The notes: generated from the sequence alone by a model not told the origin. Shown: positions 9,863-19,186, numbered from the stretch's first letter. The stretch: DNA of 24,000 nucleotides from Providencia rettgeri (GCA_900455085.1 UGTZ01000001.1:3804661-3828660), one strand, 5' to 3'. A program made the numbers and translations.

Positions 9863-11058
9863 TTAAGCAGTTAATAACCTTTGTTTTTTATTCAATAAAA
9901 ATGACGCAAATAGCGTTAACGAGCTCAATGAAACAAAAACACCCACCAAGGAAACATCAATGAGGACTAAGTAATTGATAATTAATGGCGTTAACCCACC
10001 TATAATCGTCGATGCAAGGTTATACCCCATACTTAACGTCGTAACTTGCCCATTGGCTGGTTTTGCCATCGCATAATTCCAATTGCATAACACCATCGCT
10101 GAAATAATAATAATTGACGATTGGGAGATAAGTACTAATGATAAAACCTTAGTAGACATTAGGTAATAAATAGGAATTGATAATATCGCAGCGAGCTTTA
10201 CCCCTAAGTTAAACACCCGCTCAGAGTAATTGTATTTATCGGTTAGCCAACCAACTATTGCCATTAAAACCAATAATAACGTTGATGATATCATTGAATA
10301 TATACTTTTAAATTCTTCGAGTTCTAACTCCTTAAGTAAAAATGAAGATGAAAAATTTAAGGTATAAAAAATAACCGAACCAGGAATAACAACCAGTAAG
10401 ATATTAAATGCCTTAAGCCAATCTATTTTCTGGCGCCCATCATATTCAATTGGTTGGTCTGTTAAGCGATAGCGAAACCAGAAACAGATCAGTATATTAC
10501 CTAAACCTAATAGCAGTGGTATTCTCCATCCCACTCTTTGCATGGTTTCAGGGGGTAATATATTTTCAAGAATTAACACAATTCCTAACGAGCCAATAAC
10601 GCCAACAACCGCACTTCCAGTTAACAACGCTGAAATTCGACCTCGTTCTTGGGGTTTAGAATCTTTATATAAATAGGTAGACAGTGATGGGCTTTCACCC
10701 GCAAAACTAAAAGATAGCAACATTTGAAGAAATAGGATGGCTAAAGGTGTATATATCCCTAATAATTCAATAGGCAGAAATGCCATACACAATGTGGCAC
10801 TACCGGTAAGAATGCTGACCAAAATCATTGCCGGTTTTTTACCGACTTTATCCGCATAACGGCCAATTACATACCCCCCTAATGGCCGAATAAGAAAACG
10901 TAAAGCAAAAATCCCCCACACCAGCTCCGTTGCTTGCTGATAACCTAGGGCGGGTTAATTCTGCACTTAAATATGATGAAATTGCAGCAAAAATTGCAAC
11001 ATCATAAAATTCTAAGGTATGCCCTGCGACAGCACCCAAAACGTAATTTCCATTTCAT
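9863..11058 (-). CDS. MHS-family (ProP/KgtP/ShiA-like) MFS permease, copy 2; two frame breaks near the 5' end as sequenced
   Basis: ATG at 11058 (MKWKLR). The A4 run 11038-11041 has one base too many (…R/LGAVAGHTLEFYDVAIFAAISSYLSAELTR). The GGG run 10948-10950 has one too many (…ELTR/LGYQQATELVWGIFALRFLIRPLGGYVIGRYADKVGKKP). The remaining 352 aa are open. 1196 nt minus 2 gives 398 codons. Confidence 0.8.
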
Positions 11059-11101
11059 AAAATGATCCCATGTCCCTATAGAAAACCAATAGTTAAATTA
11101 A

Positions 11102-11863
11102 TTAATAGGCATTAATTTTTCTAAAACTTGTTAATGTAATGCCGTGACCTTCCATTACCGAAAAGCATTCCTTTTGAGAGACCATTTCACAGTTTAATTT
11201 TTTCTTGATGTTTTTAACTCTTATATATTCCACCTCTTCCGAACAGCCTTGAATACGGCTAATTTCCTTGATATTTCGGTGGGAAAGCAACAAGGCGGAT
11301 GGTTAATGCTTCTTTGTTTGAAAATGATAACTGACCAAAACGTATAAAATTAGGGGTTTCCTTACTTCTACAAATAATAGGGTACAGGTTCATCTAATTC
11401 AATTTTTTGGCGTAACGGTAATGCCACCGTTTTATTTTCAGACCATTTTTCATATGCATAATCAGAAACTATTGAACGCCATTGATATACATGAAAGTAA
11501 GTACTCATATGAGACTTTATGGTTTCCATTGAGTGAAAATATCTCAAATAAATTATTGTACCTATTACAAATATCAATTTTTTTATTTCCTTTATCGAGT
11601 TTGGTTAATATTTTCTGGTATGCATCTGAATAATTAACTCCAATATTGCACCCCAGAGAATAACCGTTCTTTTAATGATAAATCCATATCATGATGCCAA
11701 TAAATTAACTGCCACTCATAATTACTAGATAATGTGTATATCTTTCCTCATCAACATTAATAATCGTATAATGGATATCAATATCATTCCAATTAAAATA
11801 ATTGCAAAGATCTAACTTTACTCTAGTGCTTATTTTTTCCATCTTATTGTTTTCTATATCCAT
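11102..11863 (-). pseudogene. LuxR-type solo regulator, paralogue C; at least five frame breaks
   Basis: ATG at 11863 (MDIENNKMEKISTRVKLDLCNYFNWNDIDIHY…). Homologous segments sit in different frames: SNYEWQLIYWHHDMDLSLKERLFSGVQYWS; NYSDAYQKILTKLDKGNKKIDICNRYNNLFEIFSLNG; YQWRSIVSDYAYEKWSENKTVALPLRQKIELD; PNFIRFGQLSFSNKEALTIR; LLLSHRNIKEISRIQGCSEEVEYIRVKNIKKKLNC. The breaks are near 11705-11730, 11633-11637, 11488-11497, 11372-11374 and 11284-11295. Confidence 0.62.
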
Positions 11864-12069
11864 AAAAATCACCTTATAGTTATTTAAATAAAAATAAAGA
11901 TAATAAAAGCGTTTAACCCATATCTTTAGCACATAAAAATAAATATTCAAAGACCGAAATTTAAAGGGATTTAAAATTAAGAATTATTTTTTTATCTTGA
12001 TATCTAAATTTAGTTCCAGCTAACTTAAATAATTTCAATTATATTTATATATTCACTATTGGAGATCGT

Positions 12070-12279
12070 ATGAAACAAGATTGGCACTCGGCTGATATTA
12101 TTGCAGCGATAAAGAAAAAAGGTTCTTCTCTTTCACAAATATCACGTTCAGCAGGGTTAAACTCATCAACATTAAATAACGCCTTGTCAAGACGTTGGCC
12201 TAAAGGAGAGCGTATTATTGCCGAGTTTTTGGGTGTTGCACCATCTGAAATTTGGCCATCGCGTTATAACGAAAAATAA
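12070..12279 (+). CDS. nlp: Ner/Nlp(SfsB)-family small HTH DNA-binding protein
   Basis: Intact 69-aa ORF with GGAGA RBS. DWHSADIIAAIKKKGSSLSQISRSAGLNSSTLNNALSRRWPKGERIIAEFLGVAPSEIWPSRY parallels E. coli Nlp (DWHPADIIAGLRKKGTSMAA…LSSSTLANALSRPWPKGEMIIA…IWPSRY, from memory). Confidence 0.75.
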   Translation: MKQDWHSADIIAAIKKKGSSLSQISRSAGLNSSTLNNALSRRWPKGERIIAEFLGVAPSEIWPSRYNEK

Positions 12280-12323
12280 CATAAGAATAGTTTTCTTTAT
12301 GCCAATAAAATATCAAGAAGATA

Positions 12324-12352
12324 AAGCGGGTAACTTTCTCTGTCGCCCGCTT
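12324..12352. terminator. hairpin between convergent nlp and gdx
   Basis: aagcggg (12324-12330) pairs with cccgctt (12346-12352). The left flank is A-rich and ttattattcattttt lies to the right. The loop is about 15 nt, so the prediction is only moderate. Confidence 0.5.
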
Positions 12353-12390
12353 ATTATTCATTTTTAATTAAATAATAATTAATTTGAAAA

Positions 12391-12705
12391 TTAACTTGAT
12401 ACTTTTAAACCAATTAACCCGGTAATAATCAAAGCAAGGCTTAACAAGCGGAACATATTTGCTGACTCACCAAGGAAAATAATCCCAACAATTGCTGTGC
12501 CCACAGCCCCAATCCCCGTCCAAATGGCATAAGCCGTGCCGACCGGTAAATCACGCATGGCGTAGGCTAACAACCCCATACTGGTAATAATAGCGACAAT
12601 AGTAATAATACTCGGTGTTAAACGGGTAAAACCATGAGTATATTTTAAACCTACAGCCCATACCACTTCGCATAAACCTGCAAAAAAAAGAACGATCCAA
12701 GCCAT
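12391..12705 (-). CDS. gdx: SMR-family guanidinium exporter Gdx (SugE)
   Basis: Intact 104-aa [32 protein letters not shown]… contains the conserved membrane Glu (CEV) and has the typical four-TM SMR length. GGGAG SD at 12715-12719. Confidence 0.9.
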   Translation of the reverse strand: MAWIVLFFAGLCEVVWAVGLKYTHGFTRLTPSIITIVAIITSMGLLAYAMRDLPVGTAYAIWTGIGAVGTAIVGIIFLGESANMFRLLSLALIITGLIGLKVSS

Positions 12706-12730
12706 GATTGCTTGCTCCCGTTAATTACTC

Positions 12731-12776
12731 GGGGTCGTCCCATATTTAAATGACGTTGATTCAGGCCGTCCTGAAT
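12731..12776 (-). promoter_or_regulatory. guanidine-II (mini-ykkC) riboswitch candidate in the gdx leader
   Basis: The minus-strand RNA is AUUCAGG-ACGG-CCUGAAU (12776-12759; 7-bp stem, ACGG loop), then a 17-nt linker, then GGG-ACGA-CCC(C) (12741-12731). The GGGAG SD follows 11 nt later and the AUG is at 12705. Two hairpins with ACGR tetraloops upstream of an SMR exporter define the mini-ykkC motif. Confidence 0.65.
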
Positions 12777-12972
12777 ACGTATGATGTATAAATACATTAT
12801 AAATATTCACAGACCCAGACTCAAGCAACGAAAAATAACAAATAAGCGCAAATCAACCATAAAATTTAACCTTTTTATACCGTTTTTTATTATTAAGCAT
12901 CATAACCATCGCACTCAAAATTATACACATGTAAGTAGATGTCTAATCTGGCAAGTTCATCGAGAAAATAGC

Positions 12973-13882
12973 ATGAGTCTCAGAGACATCTTACTCGCCC
13001 TTTGTGTAGTCGTAATTTGGGGGGGTTAACTTCGTTATCATTAACTCGGCGTTACCGCACTTCCGCCATTATTATTAGGCGCATTACGTTTCATGTTTGT
13101 AGCCTTTCCTGCTATTTTTATTTTTAAGCGCCCCAAAATTCCGTTCAAATTATTGCTTCTCTATGGGCTCACCATCAGCTTTGGTCAATTTGCCTTCTTA
13201 TTTTGCGCGATTAGAGTGGGGATGCCAGCGGGGATTACCTCTGTTATCTTGCAATCCCAAGCATTCTTTACTCTATTACTCGGCGCAATGATTTTAAAAG
13301 AATCATTACAGCCGACTCACTTTCTTGGTATGTTTATCGCAATTGCAGGGCTGACCGTGTTAGCCAATGGCGCCACTGCCGGCGGGCTAGATGATATTCC
13401 ATTACTCGGGTTAGCATTTACTTTAATTGGCTGGTTTATCATGGGCTTGTGGTAACATTACCAATAGGATCATAATGAAACAGGAAGGCGCTGAGAAATG
13501 CAGTGCCCTATCATTGGTCAGTTGGAGCGCGCTGATCCCAATCATTCCCTTTTTGATTAGTTCATGGGTTTTAGAAGGTGAAGAAGCCATTGTTGAAGGG
13601 CTATCAGGGCTTTAATTGGTCAGTCTTTGGTGTCATTATCTATTTAGCTTATTTATCAACATTTGTCGGCTATGGGCTTTGGGGAGTCCTGCTCGCCGTT
13701 ATGAAGCTTGGCGTGTTGCTCCTTTTTCATTGTTGGTTCCAGTCTTTGGTTTAAGCAGCAGTGCTTTATTCCTTGGAGAGCATATAAATGGCGTACAACT
13801 TGCTGGCCTCGTTTTGATCATGTTTGGCCTAATTACCACGCTTTTTGGTAAAAAAATAATGCAACAATTAAGACGAGCCTAG
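12973..13882 (+). pseudogene. eamA: EamA (YdeD)-like DMT-family cysteine/O-acetylserine exporter; five frame breaks as sequenced
   Basis: ATG at 12973 (MSLRDILLALCVVVIWG). The restored protein parallels E. coli EamA throughout (…NFVIIKLGVTALPPLLLGALRFMFVAFPAIF…FSWACGN-type LSWACGNI…YGLWGVLLARYEAWRVAPFSLLVPVFGL…). The breaks are at the G7 run 13019-13025 (+1), aa 13043-13044 (-1), gg 13429-13430 (+1), the T3 run 13611-13613 (+1) and cc 13696-13697 (-1). Confidence 0.8.
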
Positions 13883-13897
13883 TTAACCAATTAATAG

Positions 13898-13932
13898 TCG
13901 GGAGTTTTTTAGCTTCCGATTATTTTCTTTTC
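13898..13932 (+). terminator. putative rho-independent terminator after eamA
   Basis: tcgggag (13898-13904) pairs with cttccga (13913-13919), including one G-U pair. The loop is 8 nt and is followed by ttattttcttttc. Confidence 0.5.
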
Positions 13933-14209
13933 TTTAACCATTTTCGTATCAACAAAAACAACGCAACAGCTATTATTACTAAAAAACATCAAAAATCCAG
14001 ATAAAAAACCAATTCATTAGATAATCGCTAGCTCAAAACCAGATAAAATCCAATAAATAATCCTAAATTAGTGATACTGGCAACAATTATTAAATTTATC
14101 TCAAATTTCAATTAGGTGTCTCGTTTTAGCTACTTTTTCTTTAACTTAACTATGGCTATATCTTCCTCAGTTTCACTTAAATAAATAACAAATATCATTC
14201 ATTGAACAG

Positions 14210-16314
14210 ATGGGGATGACTATGGGTAAACAATTTATTTGGATTGTGCTCGCTCTGCTCGGTGCTTTTTCACTTGGCTACATCGCTTTATATCGTGGCG
14301 AACAAATCAATGCCTTGTGGATCGTTGTCGCAGCCGTATGTATTTATCTGATCGCATACCGCTATTACGGGCTTTTTATTGCTAAAAAAGTACTCCAAGT
14401 CGATGCAACTCGAATGACGCCTGCAATTCGTCATAATGATGGCTTAGATTACGTACCAACAGATAAAAAAGTATTATTTGGTCACCATTTTGCCGCTATC
14501 GCAGGCGCCGGCCCACTGGTTGGCCCTGTTCTTGCCGCGCAAATGGGCTATTTACCCGGTATGCTGTGGCTACTCGCTGGGGTTGTGCTAGCTGGTGCCG
14601 TACAAGATTTTATGGTGCTGTTTGTCTCAACACGTCGAGATGGCCGCTCACTGGGTGAATTAGTCAAAGAAGAAATGGGCAATACCGCAGGGGTGCTGGC
14701 TTTAATCGCTTGTTTCATGATTATGGTAATCATCTTAGCCGTACTTGCCATGATTGTCGTAAAAGCCCTCACTCATAGCCCATGGGGAACTTATACGGTT
14801 GCCTTTACTATTCCTTTAGCGATTTTTATGGGTATTTATACCCGTTATATCCGCCCAGGACGCATTGGTGAAGTTTCTATTATTGGGCTCGTTTTTCTTG
14901 TATTTGCAATTATCTCAGGGGGTTGGGTTGCTGAAAGCGAAACTTGGGCACCTTACTTTGACTATACAGGTGTTCAACTCACTTGGATGTTAGTCGGTTA
15001 TGGCTTTGTTGCTGCCGTTTTGCCAGTTTGGCTATTACTCGCTCCCGCGACTATCTATCAACCTTTTTAAAAATCGGGACTATCATTGGATTGGCAATTG
15101 GTATTTTAATTCTCAATCCAAACTTACAGATGCCATCGTTAACGAAATATATTGATGGTACAGGCCCAGTTTGGGCAGGTGATTTGTTTCCATTCTTATT
15201 TATTACGATTGCTTGTGGCGCCGTTTCTGGCTTCCATGCACTGATTTCATCAGGCACCACACCAAAAATGTTGGCTAATGAAAACCAAGCTTGCTTTATT
15301 GGCTATGGTGGCATGTTAATGGAATCTTTCGTAGCAATTATGGCATTGGTTGCCGCTTGTGTGATTGACCCGGGTGTTTATTTTGCCATGAATAGTCCCA
15401 TGGCGATGTTAGCTCCCGCAGGTACGCAAGATGTGGTCGCCTCTGCGGCCCAAGTTGTCAGTAGTTGGGGCTTCCAAATCACTCCTGAGCAGCTCAACAG
15501 CATTGCGAATGACGTGGGTGAAACCAGTATTATTTCACGGGCAGGCGGTGCGCCAACACTGGCAGTTGGGATGGCGTATATTCTTCACGGTGCGCTTGGC
15601 GGCTTGATGAATGTGGCATTCTGGTACCACTTTGCCATATTATTTGAAGCATTATTTATTTTAACCGCGGTGGATGCAGGAACCCGAGCAGCACGTTTTA
15701 TGCTACAAGATTTACTGGGAGTGGTGTCTCCATCTTTGAAACGTACGGATTCGCTACCCGCCAACTTGATAGCAACTGCACTGTGTGTGCTAGCTTGGGG
15801 TTATTTCCTCCACCAAGGCGTTGTCGACCCACTTGGTGGTATTAACACCTTGTGGCCATTGTCTGGTATCGCGAACCAAATGTTAGCAGGTATGGCATTA
15901 ATGCTGTGTGCTGTGGTACTGTTCAAAATGAAGCGCCAAAGATATGCATGGGTCGCTTTAGTACCAACAGCATGGCTGTTAATCTGCACGATGACTGCAG
16001 GCTGGGAAAAAACCTTCAGTGAAGATGCCCGCGTCGGTTTCTTAGCTGTAGCAAATAAATTCCAAGCGATGATTGATAGCGGCAATATTCCTGTTCAATA
16101 TACAGAGTCTCAATTAACTCAGTTAATTTTCAATAACCGCTTAGATGCAGGGTTAACTATTTTCTTTATGATTGTCGTGGTATTACTGGCTCTATTCTCC
16201 ATCCGCACCGCGTTGAAGGCATTAAAATCTGACCAACCAACTGCGAATGAAGTACCATATGAACCCATGCCAGCCAACTATGAAGAAATCGTGGCAAATA
16301 CGCGCCATCATTGA
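14210..16314 (+). CDS. cstA: carbon starvation protein A (CstA-family peptide/pyruvate transporter); one frame break as sequenced
   Basis: It aligns along its whole length with E. coli CstA (…GAFSLGYIALYRGEQINALWIVVA…, …GFHALISSGTTPKMLANE…). Candidate starts are at 14210, 14216 and 14222, and I cannot choose between them. The ORF track splits it into 14210-15070 and 14983-16314. The CCC run 15044-15046 lacks one C (…WLLLAP/RDYLSTFLKIGT). Confidence 0.93.
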
Positions 16315-16368
16315 TTTTCGCGGAAAAGCTTGTCACTGTTTAGGACATATACTCTTTCTCCAAAATAA

Positions 16369-16468
16369 TTCACGTTGGAGCAAGGCGGCCAAGAAGATAA
16401 TCCCTAGGAGCATACTCCAGTATGTGACTAGGGTTAGCGAATGAAGCCAACGCAGCAACAGCGTGAAG
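16369..16468. repeat. ERIC/IRU-like imperfect palindromic repeat, full copy
   Basis: The core taATCCCtAGGAGCaTACtccAGTAtGTGACTaGGGTtAGCG matches the ERIC central inverted repeat (AATCCCCAGGAGCTTACATAAGTAAGTGACTGGGGTGAGCG, i.e. the ERIC1R/ERIC2 primer region, from memory). The outer arms ttcacgttggagcaaggcgg… and …gccaacgcagcaacagcgtgaa are also complementary. Confidence 0.7.
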
Positions 16469-16481
16469 TATTAAGGATAAA

Positions 16482-16546
16482 CTAGGAGCATACATAACAG
16501 TATGTGACAGGGTTAACAAGTGAAGTCAACAACGCTGTAGCACGAA
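16482..16546. repeat. ERIC-like repeat, second (partial) copy
   Basis: ctaggagcatacataacagtatgtgacagggttaacaagtgaagtcaacaacgctgtagcacgaa repeats the right half of the copy at 16369-16468, with substitutions. It ends 5 nt before the ybdD Shine-Dalgarno sequence. Confidence 0.55.
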
Positions 16547-16563
16547 ATATGAGGGAGAAAAAA

Positions 16564-16761
16564 ATGTTTGGAGAACTGGGAAAAGCAGCCCGCTACCTAG
16601 GCCAAGCGGCAAAAATGATGGTTGGCGTTCCCGATTACGACAACTATGTCGCTCATATGCAAAGAACACACCCTGACCAAACGCCTATGACCTATGAAGA
16701 ATTTTTCAAAGAGCGTCAAGACGCACGCTACGGTGGCAAAGGTGGGTTTAAGTGCTGTTAA
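16564..16761 (+). CDS. ybdD: YbdD/YjiX-family small protein (CstA-associated)
   Basis: ATG at 16564 after GAGGGAG (16551-16557). [65 protein letters not shown] matches E. coli YbdD/YjiX, including the terminal CC. The longer track ORF starting at 16504 reads through the ERIC copy and is not credible. Confidence 0.85.
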   Translation: MFGELGKAARYLGQAAKMMVGVPDYDNYVAHMQRTHPDQTPMTYEEFFKERQDARYGGKGGFKCC

Positions 16762-16783
16762 TCACTTAAAATAGACAAAAAAA

Positions 16784-16812
16784 GCCGTGGTCGAGTACCA
16801 CGGCTTTTTATT
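16784..16812. terminator. bidirectional rho-independent terminator between ybdD and efp
   Basis: gccgtggt (16784-16791) pairs with accacggc (16797-16804) around a 5-nt loop. It is flanked by aaaaaaa on the left and tttttattttt on the right. Confidence 0.8.
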
Positions 16813-16839
16813 TTTAACGATTCAGTATAGGATCAACCG

Positions 16840-17406
16840 TTATTTTACACGTGAAACATATTCACCTGAACGAGTATCAACACGGATAACTTCACCGATC
16901 TGAACAAACAGAGGAACCTTAACCACTGCGCCAGTGCTCAGTGTTGCAGGTTTACCACCTGTACCTGCGGTATCCCCTTTCAGGCCTGGGTCAGTATCGG
17001 TAATTTCTAACTCAACAAAGTTAGGTGGAGTTACCGCGATAGGACGGCCGTCCCACAGTGTTAAAATACATTCTGCTTGGTCAACTAACCATTTCGCGTT
17101 ATCGCCAACGGTTTTTTCGTCCGCTGCTAACTGTTCAAAAGTTTCGTTGTTCATGAAATGCCAGAACTCACCGTCGTTGTATAGGTAAGTTAAGTTCATA
17201 TCCATGACATCTGCACCTTCAACAGAGTCAGTAGACTTAAATGTTTTTTCCAACAGTTTGTTAGAAATCAGTTTACGGATACGCACACGTGCGAATGCTT
17301 GACCTTTACCCGGTTTGACGAATTCACTTTCTAAAACGACACAAGGCTCGCCATCTAACATGATTTTAAGACCTGAGCGGAATTCATTGGTACTATAAGT
17401 AGCCAT
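16840..17406 (-). CDS. efp: translation elongation factor P
   Basis: Intact 188-aa ORF with [31 protein letters not shown]…[12 protein letters not shown] contains the conserved Lys34 modification loop (KPGKGQA). Confidence 0.97.
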   Translation of the reverse strand: MATYSTNEFRSGLKIMLDGEPCVVLESEFVKPGKGQAFARVRIRKLISNKLLEKTFKSTDSVEGADVMDMNLTYLYNDGEFWHFMNNETFEQLAADEKTVGDNAKWLVDQAECILTLWDGRPIAVTPPNFVELEITDTDPGLKGDTAGTGGKPATLSTGAVVKVPLFVQIGEVIRVDTRSGEYVSRVK

Positions 17407-17449
17407 GGTGATCCTCTAATTTATAAACTAAAAATGGCATAGCCAAAAA

Positions 17450-18478
17450 ATGGTCGATATTGTAACTCAAAATACCTCATCCAGAGAAGTCTGGATACAA
17501 CAACTTGCTGAAGCAATCACTAATCCAGATGAATTGCTGCAAATACTTAACCTAGAAAATCATCTTTTATCGAAAGAAGGCAGTGAGGCACGTAAATTAT
17601 TTCCTTTACGCGTTCCAGTGCCCTTTATTTCCCGCATGAAAAAAGGTGATCCACTAGACCCTCTGCTATTGCAGGTATTAACTGCAAAAGCAGAGTTTGA
17701 TATACATCCAGGTTTTTCTACTGACCCACTAGAAGAGCAGGATAATGAAATTCCAAGTTTACTGCATAAATACCACAACCGCGCATTATTGCTGGTAAAA
17801 GGTGGCTGCGCAGTCAACTGTCGCTACTGTTTTCGCCGGCATTTTCCTTACGAAGACAACAAAGGAAATAAAAATAACTGGTTGATGGCTGTGGATTATA
17901 TAAAAAACCACACCGAACTCAATGAAATCATCTTCTCAGGTGGTGATCCGTTGATGGCAAAAGACCATGAACTTGATTGGCTCATCAGCCAATTAGAGGC
18001 GATTCCTCATATAAAACGCCTTAGAATTCACACTCGTTTGCCTGTGGTGATACCAGAACGCATCACAGATACGCTCTGTAAACGTCTTGCTAGCTCTAGG
18101 TTACAGGTCATTATGGTTACACACGTTAATCATGCTAACGAAATTGACGAGCCATTCACCAAGGCAATACAAAAACTAAAACTATCAGGTGTGACATTAT
18201 TAAACCAAAGCGTATTACTGCGCCAAGTTAATGACAACGTGACGGCTCTGATGAATTTAAGTAATGCCTTATTTGATGCAGGTATTTTACCTTATTACTT
18301 ACATGTATTAGATAAAGTTCAAGGCGCTGCGCACTTTTTAGTGAGTGATACCGAAGCTAGACAATTGATACAGCAATTACTGAGTAAGGTCTCTGGGTAC
18401 CTTGTACCTAAGCTCGCTAGGGAAATAGGGGGAGAGCCAAGTAAAACACTGCTTGACCTTAACTTAAGACAGAACTAG
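17450..18478 (+). CDS. epmB: EF-P beta-lysylation protein EpmB (YjeK, lysine 2,3-aminomutase-like radical SAM)
   Basis: Intact 342-aa ORF, divergent from efp with a 43-nt gap. It has the radical-SAM CAVNCRYCFRR motif and is colinear with E. coli EpmB (…LLHKYHNRALLLVKGGCAVNCRYCFRRHFPY…KLAREIGGEPSKT). Confidence 0.93.
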   Translation: MVDIVTQNTSSREVWIQQLAEAITNPDELLQILNLENHLLSKEGSEARKLFPLRVPVPFISRMKKGDPLDPLLLQVLTAKAEFDIHPGFSTDPLEEQDNEIPSLLHKYHNRALLLVKGGCAVNCRYCFRRHFPYEDNKGNKNNWLMAVDYIKNHTELNEIIFSGGDPLMAKDHELDWLISQLEAIPHIKRLRIHTRLPVVIPERITDTLCKRLASSRLQVIMVTHVNHANEIDEPFTKAIQKLKLSGVTLLNQSVLLRQVNDNVTALMNLSNALFDAGILPYYLHVLDKVQGAAHFLVSDTEARQLIQQLLSKVSGYLVPKLAREIGGEPSKTLLDLNLRQN

Positions 18479-18487
18479 AAAGCAAAA

Positions 18488-18509
18488 CGCCCAAACAATT
18501 ATTTGGGCG
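18488..18509 (-). terminator. hairpin terminator downstream of yjeI (shared with convergent epmB)
   Basis: cgcccaaa (18488-18495) pairs with tttgggcg (18502-18509) around a 6-nt loop. On the minus strand it is followed by ttttgcttt. The plus-strand side lacks a U-tract. Confidence 0.6.
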
Positions 18510-18522
18510 CTATGAATTCATT

Positions 18523-18867
18523 TTAGGGGCATTTATAAACTTGGCCAACCATTTTGCTATCTAATGGAATGAAGCTAGATAACACGGTTTCACTTGGGCT
18601 TGATGCACCAAAAATCACGTTACCGCCCATCGCCGCTGCTTTATTACGTAAATCATTTGCTGCACTGCGCATTGAGCTAGATTCATTGTTGACACCACTC
18701 AACCAGTTGCTTTGAGTCCCTGCAACCTGACCGAGAAGTTGGCAATCGCTTCCAGGTTGATTCTCAACAAAACGAACTTGTGAGCCTGCCGCAGTCAAAT
18801 TAGTTGTTGTTGAACAACCTGCTAAAAGCAATAATGCAGCAGCACCAAGCAAGACTTTAATTCGCAT
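18523..18867 (-). CDS. yjeI: YjeI-like (DUF4156) lipoprotein
   Basis: MRIKVLLGAAALLLLAGC has a lipobox (LLAGC). …QSNWLSG…SMRSAANDLRNKAAAMGGNVI…GQVYKCP parallels E. coli YjeI. I prefer ATG 18867 (AGGGA SD) over the track start at 18879. Confidence 0.8.
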   Translation of the reverse strand: MRIKVLLGAAALLLLAGCSTTTNLTAAGSQVRFVENQPGSDCQLLGQVAGTQSNWLSGVNNESSSMRSAANDLRNKAAAMGGNVIFGASSPSETVLSSFIPLDSKMVGQVYKCP

Positions 18868-19186
18868 GTTTTCCCTCATTTTTCATTGTGTTTTTGCAGC
18901 TGGTTTGAAAATCTCTTTAGTTCCAATAGCCTACTAATTGAAATATCTAGGAGGTGATTAACATACAGCGTCATAATTGCCGCACATCACCAGCCGAATA
19001 GAGTCTACCACAAATTAATCAAGAACCTGCTCTATTCTTTGCTAATTCAAACCACTTACCTTACGTTAAATATAACCTGCGAAGCAACATTGACGCAAAA
19101 ATAAATCGCATAACGCATTAATTGTATCTTGTTTTGGGATATTACCTTCATCAATAATTAATGGTTATTTATTAATTAAAAACCAA

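Noticed and set aside
11864-11950. The N-terminal extension of ORF 11705-11950 (MNIYFYVLKIWVKRFYYLYFYLNNYKVIF…), and likewise 12781-12972 upstream of eamA and 21275-21328 upstream of groES.
   Set aside because: These extensions are AT-rich promoter DNA read as codons. Homology in each case begins at the internal ATG (11863, 12973, 21274), which has its own Shine-Dalgarno sequence.
6899-11950. The repeated architecture as a CRISPR array, prophage, transposon or defence island.
   Set aside because: The repeats are diverged protein-coding paralogues about 0.8 and 1.2 kb long, not short direct repeats with spacers. I see no integrase, transposase, terminal inverted repeats, or nuclease, ATPase or methylase genes.
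14040-14075. A CRP-like half-site (GTGATACTGGCAACA) upstream of cstA.
   Set aside because: Only one half-site (GTGA) is good and the second half deviates strongly from TCACA. This is not enough to call, even though cstA is CRP-regulated in E. coli.
16247-16563. ORF 16247-16444 and the long start (16504) of the ybdD ORF.
   Set aside because: Both translate ERIC-like repeat sequence. YbdD homology starts at ATG 16564, directly after GAGGGAG.
18946-19010. AGGAGG at 18948-18953, followed by GTG and a 16-codon ORF in the yjeI-groEL spacer.
   Set aside because: The GTG overlaps the putative SD with no spacing, the ORF is tiny, and I cannot assess conservation.
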